Below, in pieces: positions 9,301 to 19,273 of a DNA stretch of 64,000 nt. Source of the DNA: a virus (Duplodnaviria; Heunggongvirae; Uroviricota; Caudoviricetes); the IMG/VR virus record IMGVR_UViG_2541047117_000001, positions 24,841 to 88,840 of that record; one strand, written 5' to 3'. Both the position numbers and the translations under genes were made by a program. Numbering within the stretch: the first letter of the stretch is position 1; each line of letters opens with the position of its first letter. A model generated the notes under the pieces. It made no database searches. It saw only the letters and a list, made by a program, of their open reading frames with translations, and was not told the DNA's origin.

Positions 9301-9872
9301 GAGGTGGCTTGGAAAGAGTTATAGCATTCACGACAAATACTACGATAACTCTCTTCGAAACCGACTTGAACCACTTCTCCGTGGAACACTGGTCTACTGT
9401 TAAGTAATCGCATGTTTCGGATTGCTTTGTTCGTACAATAGATGCACACGTTAGGCATATCAGAAATTGTATCAGCATTCTCAATTAATGCTTTAGAGCC
9501 TTCAAATAGAACTCCTCTGAAATCAACTAGCAGTCCATAACTGTACACATCAATCTTCAATTCATCAACGATGCTTACTAATTCTAGTACTTGCTCTGCT
9601 GTTAAGAACTGAGCCTCATCAACAAAGATATAAAGCGGACGATGCTTTTTCGCTAATTCAAACATCTTACCCTTCTCTTCTCCACCAACTAATGTTGCAG
9701 GGATTTCCGTGTCCAATGCTCGTGATTTAACTGCATCTCCATCTCGTGTATCTAATCTTGGCTTGAATACAAGAACCTCTTTCTGTTGTCCTTGTAAGCT
9801 GAAAACTCGCATGATAAGTTCTGCTGATTTTCGACCATTCATTGTTGTGTGGATATACTGTAATTCAGCCAT
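9291..9872 (-). CDS. tdk: thymidine kinase
   Basis: TK fold with a C-terminal CxxC...CxxC zinc ribbon; start placed at MAELQY (ATG 9872) after a GAGGAGAG RBS. Confidence 0.8.
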   Translation of the reverse strand: MAELQYIHTTMNGRKSAELIMRVFSLQGQQKEVLVFKPRLDTRDGDAVKSRALDTEIPATLVGGEEKGKMFELAKKHRPLYIFVDEAQFLTAEQVLELVSIVDELKIDVYSYGLLVDFRGVLFEGSKALIENADTISDMPNVCIYCTNKAIRNMRLLNSRPVFHGEVVQVGFEESYRSICRECYNSFQATSQM

Positions 9873-9887
9873 TCTTAAATCTCTCCT

Positions 9888-9918
9888 CATTATATTATCA
9901 TTATTTATTACACTTGTA
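9888..9918 (-). promoter_or_regulatory. conserved repeated element, copy 7 (variant with duplicated AATAATG half)
   Basis: TACAAGTGTAATAAATAATGATAATATAATGA, upstream of tdk. Confidence 0.5.
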
Positions 9919-9964
9919 AAGTGTTTGATTCATTATTAACCATACTAAAGGGCAGTAAAATTAA

Positions 9965-10366
9965 TCACTGCCCTTCAAACCATCGCTCTGAAATCGTTCG
10001 ATTAAATAGCGAAACTTTAATTTCATCTTTTGTCATATCTAATAATCTTAAAGCGTGTTCTAGAAGCTCTGTATCATCTGCTTCCTTCTCACGGAATGAG
10101 TCAACGTTGAGTGTAAAATCGCAAACATTGTCTGACGCATGGTCACGGTAATCCATTTCAAACTTTCGTCCTTTGTACTCGATTACATAGCGACCGTGTT
10201 CATACCATCCGTCAACTGAATCTGTTTCTTGGCTATATTCGACATCCTCGTGACACTCAAGAAGAGATTGAATATCACCACCAAATTCCTCCTCGAATAC
10301 CTCTTCACCAAATACAGCATGAATTAACTCTTCGCCTTTTCTAGTCATTACTTCACAACCTTCCAT
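9965..10366 (-). CDS. hypothetical acidic protein
   Basis: 133-aa ORF. Confidence 0.45.
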   Translation of the reverse strand: MEGCEVMTRKGEELIHAVFGEEVFEEEFGGDIQSLLECHEDVEYSQETDSVDGWYEHGRYVIEYKGRKFEMDYRDHASDNVCDFTLNVDSFREKEADDTELLEHALRLLDMTKDEIKVSLFNRTISERWFEGQ

Positions 10367-10641
10367 ACATGAGATGCTACTTCAATTTTCTCTACTTCAT
10401 TGCATTCAATGTATCCGTCTGAATCGGTTACATATTGCTCTTCCCATCCATAAGAACGTTCAACACGTTTTCCTTTACATGCATAATGCTTACCACCATG
10501 CATAAAGATTACTGTGCGCTCTTGATAACTATCATGTTCGCCTTGAGTCCATTTAGGTGATTCAATTTCATATAAATCACTTGCACCGTGACTCCATCCA
10601 CTCAGAACTGTATCTTTTAAGTCTTCTAATAGGAATTTCAT
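10348..10641 (-). CDS. hypothetical protein
   Basis: 97-aa ORF. Confidence 0.45.
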   Translation of the reverse strand: MKFLLEDLKDTVLSGWSHGASDLYEIESPKWTQGEHDSYQERTVIFMHGGKHYACKGKRVERSYGWEEQYVTDSDGYIECNEVEKIEVASHVWKVVK

Positions 10642-10943
10642 TATTTCACAGCCTCAAATTCATATGTAGAGTTACGTGTAGCTACAATCAATCCGCCATC
10701 AATGCTACTCGCTACATTTACAACAGTTGAAGTACGAAGACCTCTTCCGCTACCGTCCACCAATGTGAAAATTGCTGATAATCCAAGTTCTACTCTTTGT
10801 ACAGTGAACTCTTGTCCAACATATTCTTCTTGCCAATTACTCGTGTCATTGTTTGATTTAAAGTTTACTAATGTGTATGTCATTTTTCTTCCTCCCATAA
10901 TTGATTTGCAGTAGAATTTCCTACCACAAATCATCTGCATCAT
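10641..10943 (-). CDS. hypothetical protein
   Basis: 100-aa ORF. Confidence 0.45.
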   Translation of the reverse strand: MMQMICGRKFYCKSIMGGRKMTYTLVNFKSNNDTSNWQEEYVGQEFTVQRVELGLSAIFTLVDGSGRGLRTSTVVNVASSIDGGLIVATRNSTYEFEAVK

Positions 10944-11229
10944 TCATTGTTTCTACTACTTTTTTACGTGGCACAAGTTGCATATCATACTCACTTGCAC
11001 GGTAAAGCTTCTGCGCTCCACGAAGAACATTAACTTTTACAGACTGTGTTAATCGCCCTAGTGATTGAAATGTACCGTTGTAGGCATTTCGTCCGCTCAT
11101 AGAGTGGAAGCGGAAGAGTCCTGAGATTTCCATACAAACATATGTATCCTTATTTGTTACTAACATATCTCCTAGCTCTACTCGTGGAAATTGCTCTTCT
11201 TGTTGTGTTTGTGGTTCTAATACTCGCAT
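10921..11229 (-). CDS. hypothetical protein
   Basis: 102 aa; conserved motif upstream. Confidence 0.45.
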   Translation of the reverse strand: MRVLEPQTQQEEQFPRVELGDMLVTNKDTYVCMEISGLFRFHSMSGRNAYNGTFQSLGRLTQSVKVNVLRGAQKLYRASEYDMQLVPRKKVVETMNDADDLW

Positions 11230-11246
11230 TGTTTCCTCTCCCTTAA

Positions 11247-11268
11247 TTCATTATTTTTTACACTTGTA
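11247..11268 (-). promoter_or_regulatory. conserved repeated element, copy 8
   Basis: exact consensus. Confidence 0.65.
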
Positions 11269-11302
11269 ATTAATGCTATAGAAAGCAACATTTTATTGAT
11301 TT

Positions 11303-12091
11303 CTATGCGTTGTTGTTCAAATATGATTTTAGTCGCTCTTTTGCTTCTTCCAATTCATTTTCTTTGAAAGTTCCAATTCGCTTCTTCTTACCATTTTCCA
11401 AAACATTAATTACCCATCTTTCGGATTTCTTGTTCCATATAATTCCCTTTACACCTGATTTCTTAGTCGCTACAGGTCTAGGGTTCTTCGTAATCAAATC
11501 ATTACCCTTGACTCCTGCTTCATACCTGCACCATATAGTACTCTCTGCTATTCCTGTAGTTTCAGACCATTCCCACAACTGTTTGACTTCCCCTTCGATA
11601 TCTATGTATCTATTGTTTCGTCTGTTATTTGATTGCACTTTCATGTTTACCCACCTACAGTTTTCTTTACAATAGCCTTTGTTGAAATCAATTCTATCTA
11701 GGGTTAATCCTTCTTCCCAACTCTCAGCCATATCTGCGAAGAAATTCTCTACATCTTCCCACCTTGAATCGTATGTAATGCCTCTACCACCATAATATTC
11801 ATTGTCAGGATTACTACATCTCTTTTTCATATTTTGCCAAGCATTGTACAACTGTGGATTCTTCTTGTGTCCACGGCTAGGATTCAACTTACTTGCTCTC
11901 TCTTTTTTAACACATCCACAGCTTACTACCTGTCCGCTTTCCAATAAGTAAGCAGTTAAATATTTTTGAGTTTTATTTTTACATTGACACTCACATAGCC
12001 ATAAAACTTTTCCCCACTTATCTCGACCTGCTTCACGTACTACTATGAAGTTCCCGAAAACCTTTCCGTTCAAATCTTTCTTTTTAGCCAT
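11303..12091 (-). CDS. putative homing-endonuclease-like DNA-binding protein (zinc finger plus AP2-like domain)
   Basis: 262 aa; CxC..C..C cluster near the N-terminus; C-terminal segment IIWNKKSERWVINVLENGKKKRIGTFKENELEEAKERL resembles an AP2/HNH-associated domain. Confidence 0.45.
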   Translation of the reverse strand: MAKKKDLNGKVFGNFIVVREAGRDKWGKVLWLCECQCKNKTQKYLTAYLLESGQVVSCGCVKKERASKLNPSRGHKKNPQLYNAWQNMKKRCSNPDNEYYGGRGITYDSRWEDVENFFADMAESWEEGLTLDRIDFNKGYCKENCRWVNMKVQSNNRRNNRYIDIEGEVKQLWEWSETTGIAESTIWCRYEAGVKGNDLITKNPRPVATKKSGVKGIIWNKKSERWVINVLENGKKKRIGTFKENELEEAKERLKSYLNNNA

Positions 12092-12106
12092 ACGTCCTCC
12101 ATGTAT

Positions 12107-13408
12107 TTAATAATAACTTGGCTCATCTTTGCCTGTTACGCATTTGAAAACAGGGAATCTAAGTGACAATCCTCCTGATTCATTTTTACTCTCTTCGAAG
12201 TAGCTTACTGCAATAATCTTTCCAAGTAAAACATTTTGATTTTTCCAGTAGTATTCTCGCTCTTGGTCTGTGAATCCACTACCTACTTTAACCTCATAAT
12301 CTTCCTTGTATTGAATGACAACAGCTCCAAGTTTGCCAGTATTCTTCCCCGTACCTTCTTCGAGTCGAATAACACGCTCATCTATCTCATGCATCTTCTT
12401 AACTTTCAACAGATTGCTTGTACGCTTACATTCGTAAACTCCATCTACTCGGTTTACCATGACACCTTCTTTGTTTTCTAGAATCATTTGGTCAAGATAA
12501 TGAGCAATCATGTTTTTGTCTGAGCCAACATAAAGCAATGGAACTAATTCTAGATGTTTGAATTGTACAAATGTAGATGCGAAGATTTCCATTAACTTTT
12601 TACGACGCTTCTTGTAAATTACCTCCGAACGTCCCTCATGGAACTCATCTGCTGTTAAGATATCAAAGATATGGAACGTTAAGCCCATCTTCTCTCCGTC
12701 TTTTCTAACAACCTTTTGCGTAGCTCGGAATAGGTCATCGCTTGATAATCCCTCTTCATTTTTAAGAAGCAGTTCTCCATCATATACAAAGCCATCGGGC
12801 AATAATGCAATCTCTGCTGTAATTTCAACTAAATCTAGCACTGGTTGTCCTTGACGTGTGAAGAATTTAATCGTTCCACTCTCCTTAACACATACTACTC
12901 GGTTTCCATCTAACTTCTCTGTGACAGCAAATTCACCTGTTAACTTGTTCGCCTCATCTGAGTAAGCTTTAGCTAGTTGTACATTAAACTCAGGAATGAA
13001 TTTCTCTCCGAACGACTTATTGATTGTTTTTGCAGTAATACCGCTCTTAAATGACTTCGTGAACAGCTCTTTAAAGAATACAATCTCACTTGGAATCATT
13101 AATGTTCCCAAGAAATATTGAACTACAGCAATGTCACTATCACGACCGCTATTGTGTGCTTTTAAATATTCAAGTACATCTAACCCATTTTCAAATTTAT
13201 GCTCAGCAGGCAACTCTAAGAATCGCTCTGTGCTTAGCTTTTTATTAACCTTCTTCTTGCTTAGTCCTGTAATAACATATGGATTGTAAAGGAAGTCCAA
13301 TACATATCGTAGTTCCTCATTCTCCTTATGTTGCTTTAGGATTGTCTCCTTGACAGTTCTACTAGAGTCCGCTTTGATTCGCTCTAGAATTTCAATTACA
13401 TTTTCCAT
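12107..13408 (-). CDS. ATP-dependent DNA ligase
   Basis: 433 aa; nucleotidyltransferase motif I KLDGNR. Confidence 0.7.
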   Translation of the reverse strand: MENVIEILERIKADSSRTVKETILKQHKENEELRYVLDFLYNPYVITGLSKKKVNKKLSTERFLELPAEHKFENGLDVLEYLKAHNSGRDSDIAVVQYFLGTLMIPSEIVFFKELFTKSFKSGITAKTINKSFGEKFIPEFNVQLAKAYSDEANKLTGEFAVTEKLDGNRVVCVKESGTIKFFTRQGQPVLDLVEITAEIALLPDGFVYDGELLLKNEEGLSSDDLFRATQKVVRKDGEKMGLTFHIFDILTADEFHEGRSEVIYKKRRKKLMEIFASTFVQFKHLELVPLLYVGSDKNMIAHYLDQMILENKEGVMVNRVDGVYECKRTSNLLKVKKMHEIDERVIRLEEGTGKNTGKLGAVVIQYKEDYEVKVGSGFTDQEREYYWKNQNVLLGKIIAVSYFEESKNESGGLSLRFPVFKCVTGKDEPSYY

Positions 13409-13591
13409 TTAACCCCTCCTGCTACTCTTGGCTGTGCTAGACATCAATATTGGAACTATGATAGAACCAACAAGTGCAATCACACATGCAAAACCTAACA
13501 CTGGTGAACCTCCGATGATGAGAACTGGGATAGCAATTGTTAGTGCCATCCCTATGAAAATCCCAAACAGAAACACTGTTGGCTTAGTCAT
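13409..13591 (-). CDS. small membrane protein
   Basis: 60 aa, two TM helices; conserved motif upstream. Confidence 0.4.
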   Translation of the reverse strand: MTKPTVFLFGIFIGMALTIAIPVLIIGGSPVLGFACVIALVGSIIVPILMSSTAKSSRRG

Positions 13592-14003
13592 TTTCTACGC
13601 TCTCATTTCCATTATTTTTTACACTTGCATTATTTTTTTGAAGCTCTCTGATGATGTCGTAGACTTCTTCATCTTTAAGCCTTTTAAATCGTTCAACATA
13701 TCTGCCTTCAAATTCCACATGCTCAAGGAACATGCTTAATGGTCGCAACCATTTCTCGCCTTTGATACCTTCATAGAGAATCAACGGTTTTTCCATGACA
13801 TATTGCTTGTCTACCGAATAGAAGTTTAATCCATATCCTTCTGACCATTTAGTTAGATAGACGGGAATCTCTTCCTCTGTCTCAGTGTGTTTAGCAATGA
13901 AAATTTGCTCTCTCCCGAATTGTTCTCCTAAATATGTTTCACGGACACTTACGGGCTTTTGCAGTACATTGTAATAGTCACCTTTATAATGTTGGTAAAT
14001 CAT
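13584..14003 (-). CDS. hypothetical protein
   Basis: 139-aa ORF. Confidence 0.45.
   Translation of the reverse strand: MIYQHYKGDYYNVLQKPVSVRETYLGEQFGREQIFIAKHTETEEEIPVYLTKWSEGYGLNFYSVDKQYVMEKPLILYEGIKGEKWLRPLSMFLEHVEFEGRYVERFKRLKDEEVYDIIRELQKNNASVKNNGNESVEND
13607..13629 (-). promoter_or_regulatory. conserved repeated element, copy 9
   Basis: TGCAAGTGTAAAAAATAATGGAA. Confidence 0.55.
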
Positions 14004-14007
14004 TTGC

Positions 14008-14268
14008 TCACCCCATTTGGCTTTTTAATGTGATATCCTTTGGATTCACAAACTGTCGAAGTCCATCATCTACACTCACACATTCATAATTCCCTGTCTT
14101 ATCTTTGCTATCGACATTTACGATTGTATCCATAGGGTAGTAATGATGAAGGCTGTCTGAATCATTGCCTGTGATAATTCCTTGATTGTCACCTAAATTT
14201 CCCACAAACTTTTTGTACGCTTTCATCTCTTGCTTTTTTGCTTGCTTTTTCTTCTGTCTCTTATTCAT
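14008..14268 (-). CDS. hypothetical protein
   Basis: 86 aa, Lys-rich N-terminus. Confidence 0.45.
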   Translation of the reverse strand: MNKRQKKKQAKKQEMKAYKKFVGNLGDNQGIITGNDSDSLHHYYPMDTIVNVDSKDKTGNYECVSVDDGLRQFVNPKDITLKSQMG

Positions 14269-14411
14269 CCAATCATCCCTTCCAAAATAGCCACAATAAT
14301 TTCACAGATAATCTCTAGGATGAAGAAATCCTTCCCAGTAGATTTATCCCATATATAGTAAAGTGCAAACAGCACGGATAAACATAACATGATAATCCCA
14401 AATACTAACAT
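14265..14411 (-). CDS. small membrane protein (48 aa, absent from the ORF track)
   Basis: MLVFGIIMLCLSVLF...; stop overlaps the downstream start (ATGA). Confidence 0.3.
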   Translation of the reverse strand: MLVFGIIMLCLSVLFALYYIWDKSTGKDFFILEIICEIIVAILEGMIG

Positions 14412-14430
14412 CTATATCAAAGCCTTTCGC

Positions 14431-14649
14431 TTAGTCACAAGAGATTGAGCCTCCGCCATCTCCGCAACTTGAACTTGAACCTCCACCATCTCCATCGCCA
14501 AAAGCAAAGAATGAGGAGCTATCGTGATGACTGTTTCCGCCACTTGAACCATTTCGACGTTTTCTACTTGATGAACTACTTGATACTGATGATGCCATTG
14601 CAATAAGCACTAAAAGTAATACAACTATAATTAATGCAATCCAAACCAT
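14431..14649 (-). CDS. membrane-anchored Gly/Ser-rich protein
   Basis: 72 aa; TM helix followed by S/G/D low-complexity; GGAGG RBS. Confidence 0.45.
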   Translation of the reverse strand: MVWIALIIVVLLLVLIAMASSVSSSSSSRKRRNGSSGGNSHHDSSSFFAFGDGDGGGSSSSCGDGGGSISCD

Positions 14650-14660
14650 TGTTAATCCTC

Positions 14661-14885
14661 CTAAGCTACTAAAGTTACTGTTAATGCCAACTCTCCGCCT
14701 TCTTTCAGCAGGCTGACAATATATCCCTCTCTATGTAAACCGACAACGAGAAATCCGTAGTCGAAATCATCCTTCATACCTTCAAAATTGCCAACTTTAA
14801 TTTCATATCTTTCACCTTTAACTTTATCGACCTTGGCAAAAGAATTAATTACTTTTTCAATCATTAACTGCTCTTCATAAAACAC
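14661..14885 (-). CDS. hypothetical protein
   Basis: 74-aa ORF. Confidence 0.4.
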   Translation of the reverse strand: MFYEEQLMIEKVINSFAKVDKVKGERYEIKVGNFEGMKDDFDYGFLVVGLHREGYIVSLLKEGGELALTVTLVA

Positions 14886-15076
14886 TAACTTTCATTTCCT
14901 CTCACTACTTTTTCAACGGTTATATCTCTATTTAAATTTACGTGGAGTCCATACTTTAAAAATACGGCTTCTGCAATAAGCTCGTCCGACTCCGCTATAC
15001 TCATTGAATTAGTTGAGATATCTTCTGCATCAATTTCAACACAAAATCTAACTGTAGCTGTGCCGATAACTTTCAT
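14885..15076 (-). CDS. hypothetical protein
   Basis: 63-aa ORF. Confidence 0.4.
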   Translation of the reverse strand: MKVIGTATVRFCVEIDAEDISTNSMSIAESDELIAEAVFLKYGLHVNLNRDITVEKVVRGNES

Positions 15077-15080
15077 TCTA

Positions 15081-15365
15081 TTAACTCCTTACTTCAACTT
15101 CATAGAAGTTCTTTGCTTTTAGATAATCGTAATCTAGGAACTCCGTTACCATGAATCCGATAAACTCTGAATCTATTACGTCAAACTCATGAATAGATAC
15201 ATATATGTTATCAACGCCCCACTCTTCCTCATTAAAGACAACCGTTCTTGTCACGCCATCTTTCAGCATGTTTTCATAGACTTCTTGCTTATCGAATTTC
15301 TTTTCAAAATTCATAGCATCAAAATCTCCATCACCGCTGACTAATAAAAATACTCTTTTCGTCAT
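15081..15365 (-). CDS. hypothetical protein
   Basis: 94-aa ORF. Confidence 0.45.
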   Translation of the reverse strand: MTKRVFLLVSGDGDFDAMNFEKKFDKQEVYENMLKDGVTRTVVFNEEEWGVDNIYVSIHEFDVIDSEFIGFMVTEFLDYDYLKAKNFYEVEVRS

Positions 15366-15565
15366 TCGTTTCGCTCCTTAAATCAAATCATCTTCCTATT
15401 CACTCTTTATGTTCTGCAAAATTATCAAACTGGTGTTTTAAAGCTTCTTCTAGTGCTTCATCAAATAATGCAAATACTGTATCAACTCTTTCTTTACCTA
15501 GCTTTTCGCACAGATGACTATAACAGCGTTGATATTCTTGGTATATTGCTTCCTTCAACATTGCT

Positions 15566-15814
15566 TTATTCATTTGTCATATTCTGTATTTGAAGAAACT
15601 CAACAACAGACAAGTCTTGAATCTTCACTCGGCTAAGAGGAATCTCTTTCTTATAAGTGATTTTTGAATAACTACATGTCGCTTTAAAGTCCTTTGACGA
15701 CTTCGCTTCAAGGGCTGTCTCTAAATCTTTCTCATCGTTAACAAGTAATACTTCTGCAAATCCTGACGTTCCTGCTGTGTCAAATCGCACAAAATAAGCT
15801 TTCATTCTTATCAC
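15566..15814 (-). CDS. hypothetical protein
   Basis: 82-aa ORF. Confidence 0.4.
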   Translation of the reverse strand: MIRMKAYFVRFDTAGTSGFAEVLLVNDEKDLETALEAKSSKDFKATCSYSKITYKKEIPLSRVKIQDLSVVEFLQIQNMTNE

Positions 15815-16006
15815 CTCTATGTAAAATGTTTGAGTTATTCATCAAGTATCTTGTTGTACTCCTTGATGCGTCTCTCCCATATTCCTAACTGAATCTTATA
15901 GGTTCTCGAACAATATTCACTCTTGCCACTCTTCCAATCCGCTTTCAACTTATCGACTTGCGACTGGTAAATATTCCTTAGATTCATAGTTGTTTCATCC
16001 ATATAA

Positions 16007-16216
16007 TCACCTTGACTCTCGTGGCTTCACATTCGCATAATTGTCGTAGTCGATTGCGAACCGCCAAATATTCATTGCCCAACCTAGAGGAGTTTTTCTG
16101 AATGAGAAGAACTTAAAATCTTCTTTATCCCATTCGCTTCCAAATACGAAGCCAAGATATTTTGGTTTATCTTTATTGCCCCATTGCATATAATCACTCC
16201 TTGGACAATTCCTCAT
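16007..16216 (-). CDS. hypothetical protein
   Basis: 69-aa ORF. Confidence 0.35.
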   Translation of the reverse strand: MRNCPRSDYMQWGNKDKPKYLGFVFGSEWDKEDFKFFSFRKTPLGWAMNIWRFAIDYDNYANVKPRESR

Positions 16217-16451
16217 AATTCAAATCTATTCTTTGGTTTAAGTACCCTAGAAGTTGTTCTGTAATTTCACCATTCTGTGGTACATACCATGCTAACTGGA
16301 AGAACCCTTTTAAGTCACTCCCACATTCACATTTTGTAAATCTCACAGGTTGACCATATCCGTCAGTACACAGCTTTGTTAACTCAGGGAAGTCTTCTAC
16401 AACTTTTACCTCTTTATGGTTGCACTTTGGACAATACTCATAGATTTCCAT
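16194..16451 (-). CDS. zinc-ribbon protein
   Basis: start moved to MEIYEY (ATG 16451) after an AAGGAGTG RBS; CPKC...CECG. Confidence 0.45.
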   Translation of the reverse strand: MEIYEYCPKCNHKEVKVVEDFPELTKLCTDGYGQPVRFTKCECGSDLKGFFQLAWYVPQNGEITEQLLGYLNQRIDLNYEELSKE

Positions 16452-16595
16452 CAAATCACTCCTTGAAAAATTCTTTATTACACTTTTGGCAAAATGACCA
16501 AGGGTAATGCATTCCAATTCTTATGTTGTGAATCATGTCTCGCTTTTTGAAATACTTGGTACATAAATCACATTTCTTCCAAAGAAACAACATAA

Positions 16596-16889
16596 CTATG
16601 CCTCACTAACTAACTCATAAGTCTTTTCAAAGATGTCAGGTTTGCAAGGATATTTCTCACCATTGATTCCAGTGACGATGTAGTCACCATTTGAAACCTT
16701 CATTCTTCCTTCTAATGTTTCAATTACTGGAACTCTATTTGCTTTCGGATATGGGCTTGTTTTCATTTCTTCATTCGTCATATAACAAATATAATTTCCG
16801 CCTATACCGTAAAACTCAAACCCATCTTCTAATCCTGCCCTATACAACTCAGCTTCGATGACAATTGGTTTCTTTCTGTATTTAGCCAT
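16596..16889 (-). CDS. hypothetical protein
   Basis: 97-aa ORF. Confidence 0.45.
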   Translation of the reverse strand: MAKYRKKPIVIEAELYRAGLEDGFEFYGIGGNYICYMTNEEMKTSPYPKANRVPVIETLEGRMKVSNGDYIVTGINGEKYPCKPDIFEKTYELVSEA

Positions 16890-16971
16890 AACAACGTTCC
16901 CTTCTTTGCTTGATAAAGGATAGTTTGTGTCCTACTGTAATCATAGGACACAAACTTTAACCCTTATATCA

Positions 16972-19023
16972 TCAATCCCATCTATCAATCTTGATGATTC
17001 GAGTAGAATTACCTGTAGTTACTTTTACAGTCAAGTTCCACTCAGTATCCTTAGAATAACCAACTCCACATGCGTCAGCTTTATCGCCACCCTCGATTGG
17101 AGTGTTAGCAGTGAATGCTTCCAATGTCTTACGGATTTGACGTAAGTCAGCTTTTAACATTTCGTTAAAGAATCCTCGACCTTTACCTTCTGACATGTCT
17201 TTCATGCCATCTAGTAAGAAGAATACATGAGTTCCTGCACCAGTAACTTGCTTCTCTTCCCATAGGTTAGGTGAAGTCGTGATGCCATTTACTTTCACAA
17301 ATTCTCCTGTTCCGATAGACCAAGAATCATTAGAAGAATAAGAGTTGCCTTGGATGTTTGGTTGCTGTCCTTGTACATAATCAAACTCAAACACTGTGAT
17401 ATCCTTATACTCCTGTAAAGCTTGACCTTCATAGTGATAAACTTGACCGTGAATCTCTAACTCTACTCGGAATGGAGTACCTTGACGGTGATTTACTCGC
17501 TCACTGAAATTATTAACATAGAAACGGTAGCGCCCCTCAGGTACATTTTGAGACCATCTCATGTTTTCAACTGGTGTTGTACTCTTCTTATCAAGACCAT
17601 TCATATCCAAGTCTAAGTGACCGCCACAGCGACCTCGCTTATGGTTGTACATGATATGCTCTCCTGATGGAGTGATACAGTGTAGGTCAAGGTCAGTTAA
17701 GCCTTCCCATAATAATGAGCAACGCATTGCGTTGTTTTCATAACGTCCGCCTGCATCTTCTACACGACGCTTCATTTCTCCGTCAATTCCACCGTGATAG
17801 TACCAACTAAATGTGTTGTCCCATCGCAAGATGTTTGGAGCTGTTTTATCCATCGCGGTGATTAGAGCCATAAGGCGATTCGGGTTGTCAATTAAGACTT
17901 CCATCTTATCTGCTGTTGGCATTACTGTGCGTTGGAATTTATCCCATGTCATCACTGATGTTGGCAATGTCATTACATTTGATTGAGTTTTACCTCTTGG
18001 TGTAATGTGACCAAATACTCCACCTCTAGCCTGCTCACCTTTTAATCTATTAACTGTGTCATTGTTCTTCCATAAGAAGTGTGGTAACTCTCCAAACATT
18101 GCATATCGTCTCTGTAGAGAGTTTTCAATACCTAACTTTGCAACAATCTTTTCTGCTTCAAGAATTGCATTTGCAGTTGGAGCAGATTGTGAACGCATGT
18201 GATTCTCAGGGTTCATCTTCTCAGCGAATCGAGCTGAAATAACTCGTGCTGATAATCCATCTTGGATATCATCAAGCAATGTGCCAAGCATACCACTTCG
18301 GATATGAGTGAATCCTGTAGGCGCATTAGCAACAGCTTGCCAAACGATATTTCGCTTCTGCTCAGAAGTTAAACGGCTTTCACGTTTCACAATTACCTTC
18401 TTGAACCATCTAGCAGTATCAAATACTTTATCCGCACGATACAGTGTTTCTGATTGAATTAATGCTAGTGCTTGCTCAACATCTTCAAGAGAATAGCTTG
18501 ATAATGCATTGATTAGCATGTTGTACTCTTCACGTTTCTGAGCCATAGCTTGTCCTGCTGTTTTTAGCATGTCACTGAATTGCATATGTCTTGGAATATC
18601 CACAGAAAGATGTGTCCATTTCCCAGTCTTCGGAGTACCTAATCGTCGTTCCTCAGTTAAGAACACACCAGTCACTTTTGCATTTAGCACCAAATTCTTC
18701 ATAGCTTGAACTGCTTTCTTGAAGAATGGTGGTACAGCAAGTACATCCCACATTACAGATTGAGAATTACCTTCCACATCAATTGTTACTAGACCGCCAA
18801 AACGATTAATGAATCGTCGGCATTCATTACAGCTATAGTTCTGACGAGATTCCTGTGGAAGATGGCTTAAATATACTTCGTATAGGTCTTCTACATTAGT
18901 AGTGAATAGCTTCTGTCCGCCATCAATTGCCTCTTCGAAAGATACTTTTAAGCTATCTTCAAACTCAGGGTATCTATCCTTTTTATCGTTGTAAGCTCCG
19001 TTAAAGTTAGTGATGTTTGTCAT
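16972..19023 (-). CDS. large hypothetical protein of unknown function
   Basis: 683 aa from MTNITNF (ATG 19023) after a GAGGAGCG RBS; the track's N-terminal extension was rejected; no motif recognised with confidence. Confidence 0.55.
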   Translation of the reverse strand: MTNITNFNGAYNDKKDRYPEFEDSLKVSFEEAIDGGQKLFTTNVEDLYEVYLSHLPQESRQNYSCNECRRFINRFGGLVTIDVEGNSQSVMWDVLAVPPFFKKAVQAMKNLVLNAKVTGVFLTEERRLGTPKTGKWTHLSVDIPRHMQFSDMLKTAGQAMAQKREEYNMLINALSSYSLEDVEQALALIQSETLYRADKVFDTARWFKKVIVKRESRLTSEQKRNIVWQAVANAPTGFTHIRSGMLGTLLDDIQDGLSARVISARFAEKMNPENHMRSQSAPTANAILEAEKIVAKLGIENSLQRRYAMFGELPHFLWKNNDTVNRLKGEQARGGVFGHITPRGKTQSNVMTLPTSVMTWDKFQRTVMPTADKMEVLIDNPNRLMALITAMDKTAPNILRWDNTFSWYYHGGIDGEMKRRVEDAGGRYENNAMRCSLLWEGLTDLDLHCITPSGEHIMYNHKRGRCGGHLDLDMNGLDKKSTTPVENMRWSQNVPEGRYRFYVNNFSERVNHRQGTPFRVELEIHGQVYHYEGQALQEYKDITVFEFDYVQGQQPNIQGNSYSSNDSWSIGTGEFVKVNGITTSPNLWEEKQVTGAGTHVFFLLDGMKDMSEGKGRGFFNEMLKADLRQIRKTLEAFTANTPIEGGDKADACGVGYSKDTEWNLTVKVTTGNSTRIIKIDRWD

Positions 19024-19055
19024 GATTAATTCGCTCCTCGTTATTTGTTTTAGTT

Positions 19056-19271
19056 TTATTTGAACAATAATTTGTTTTGTTGGATAATCTTGATTAAATC
19101 CTTTTGAATGGAAATTGCACCTTTTAGAAATTCGATACAATCACCTTCCCATCCGTCACGATTCTTTCGCTTTTGATAACGTAGATAGTTCTCTACAAAC
19201 TTATAGTTACTTTTCTGCATCTTATCTTTAAAGTCAATGAGATGCTTGTATTCAGCTAGTAACTCATTCAC
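19056..19271 (-). CDS. hypothetical protein
   Basis: 71-aa ORF. Confidence 0.4.
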   Translation of the reverse strand: MNELLAEYKHLIDFKDKMQKSNYKFVENYLRYQKRKNRDGWEGDCIEFLKGAISIQKDLIKIIQQNKLLFK

Positions 19272-19273
19272 TT

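Noticed and set aside
14412-14603. 63-aa ORF overlapping 14431..14649
   Set aside because: It is in an alternative frame rich in Q/H/V codons from the S/G repeat DNA. The other frame has a GGAGG RBS and a TM helix.
16972-19140. Full 722-aa version of the large ORF
   Set aside because: The first 39 codons overlap the upstream gene and have no RBS. A GAGGAGCG RBS precedes the internal ATG at 19023.
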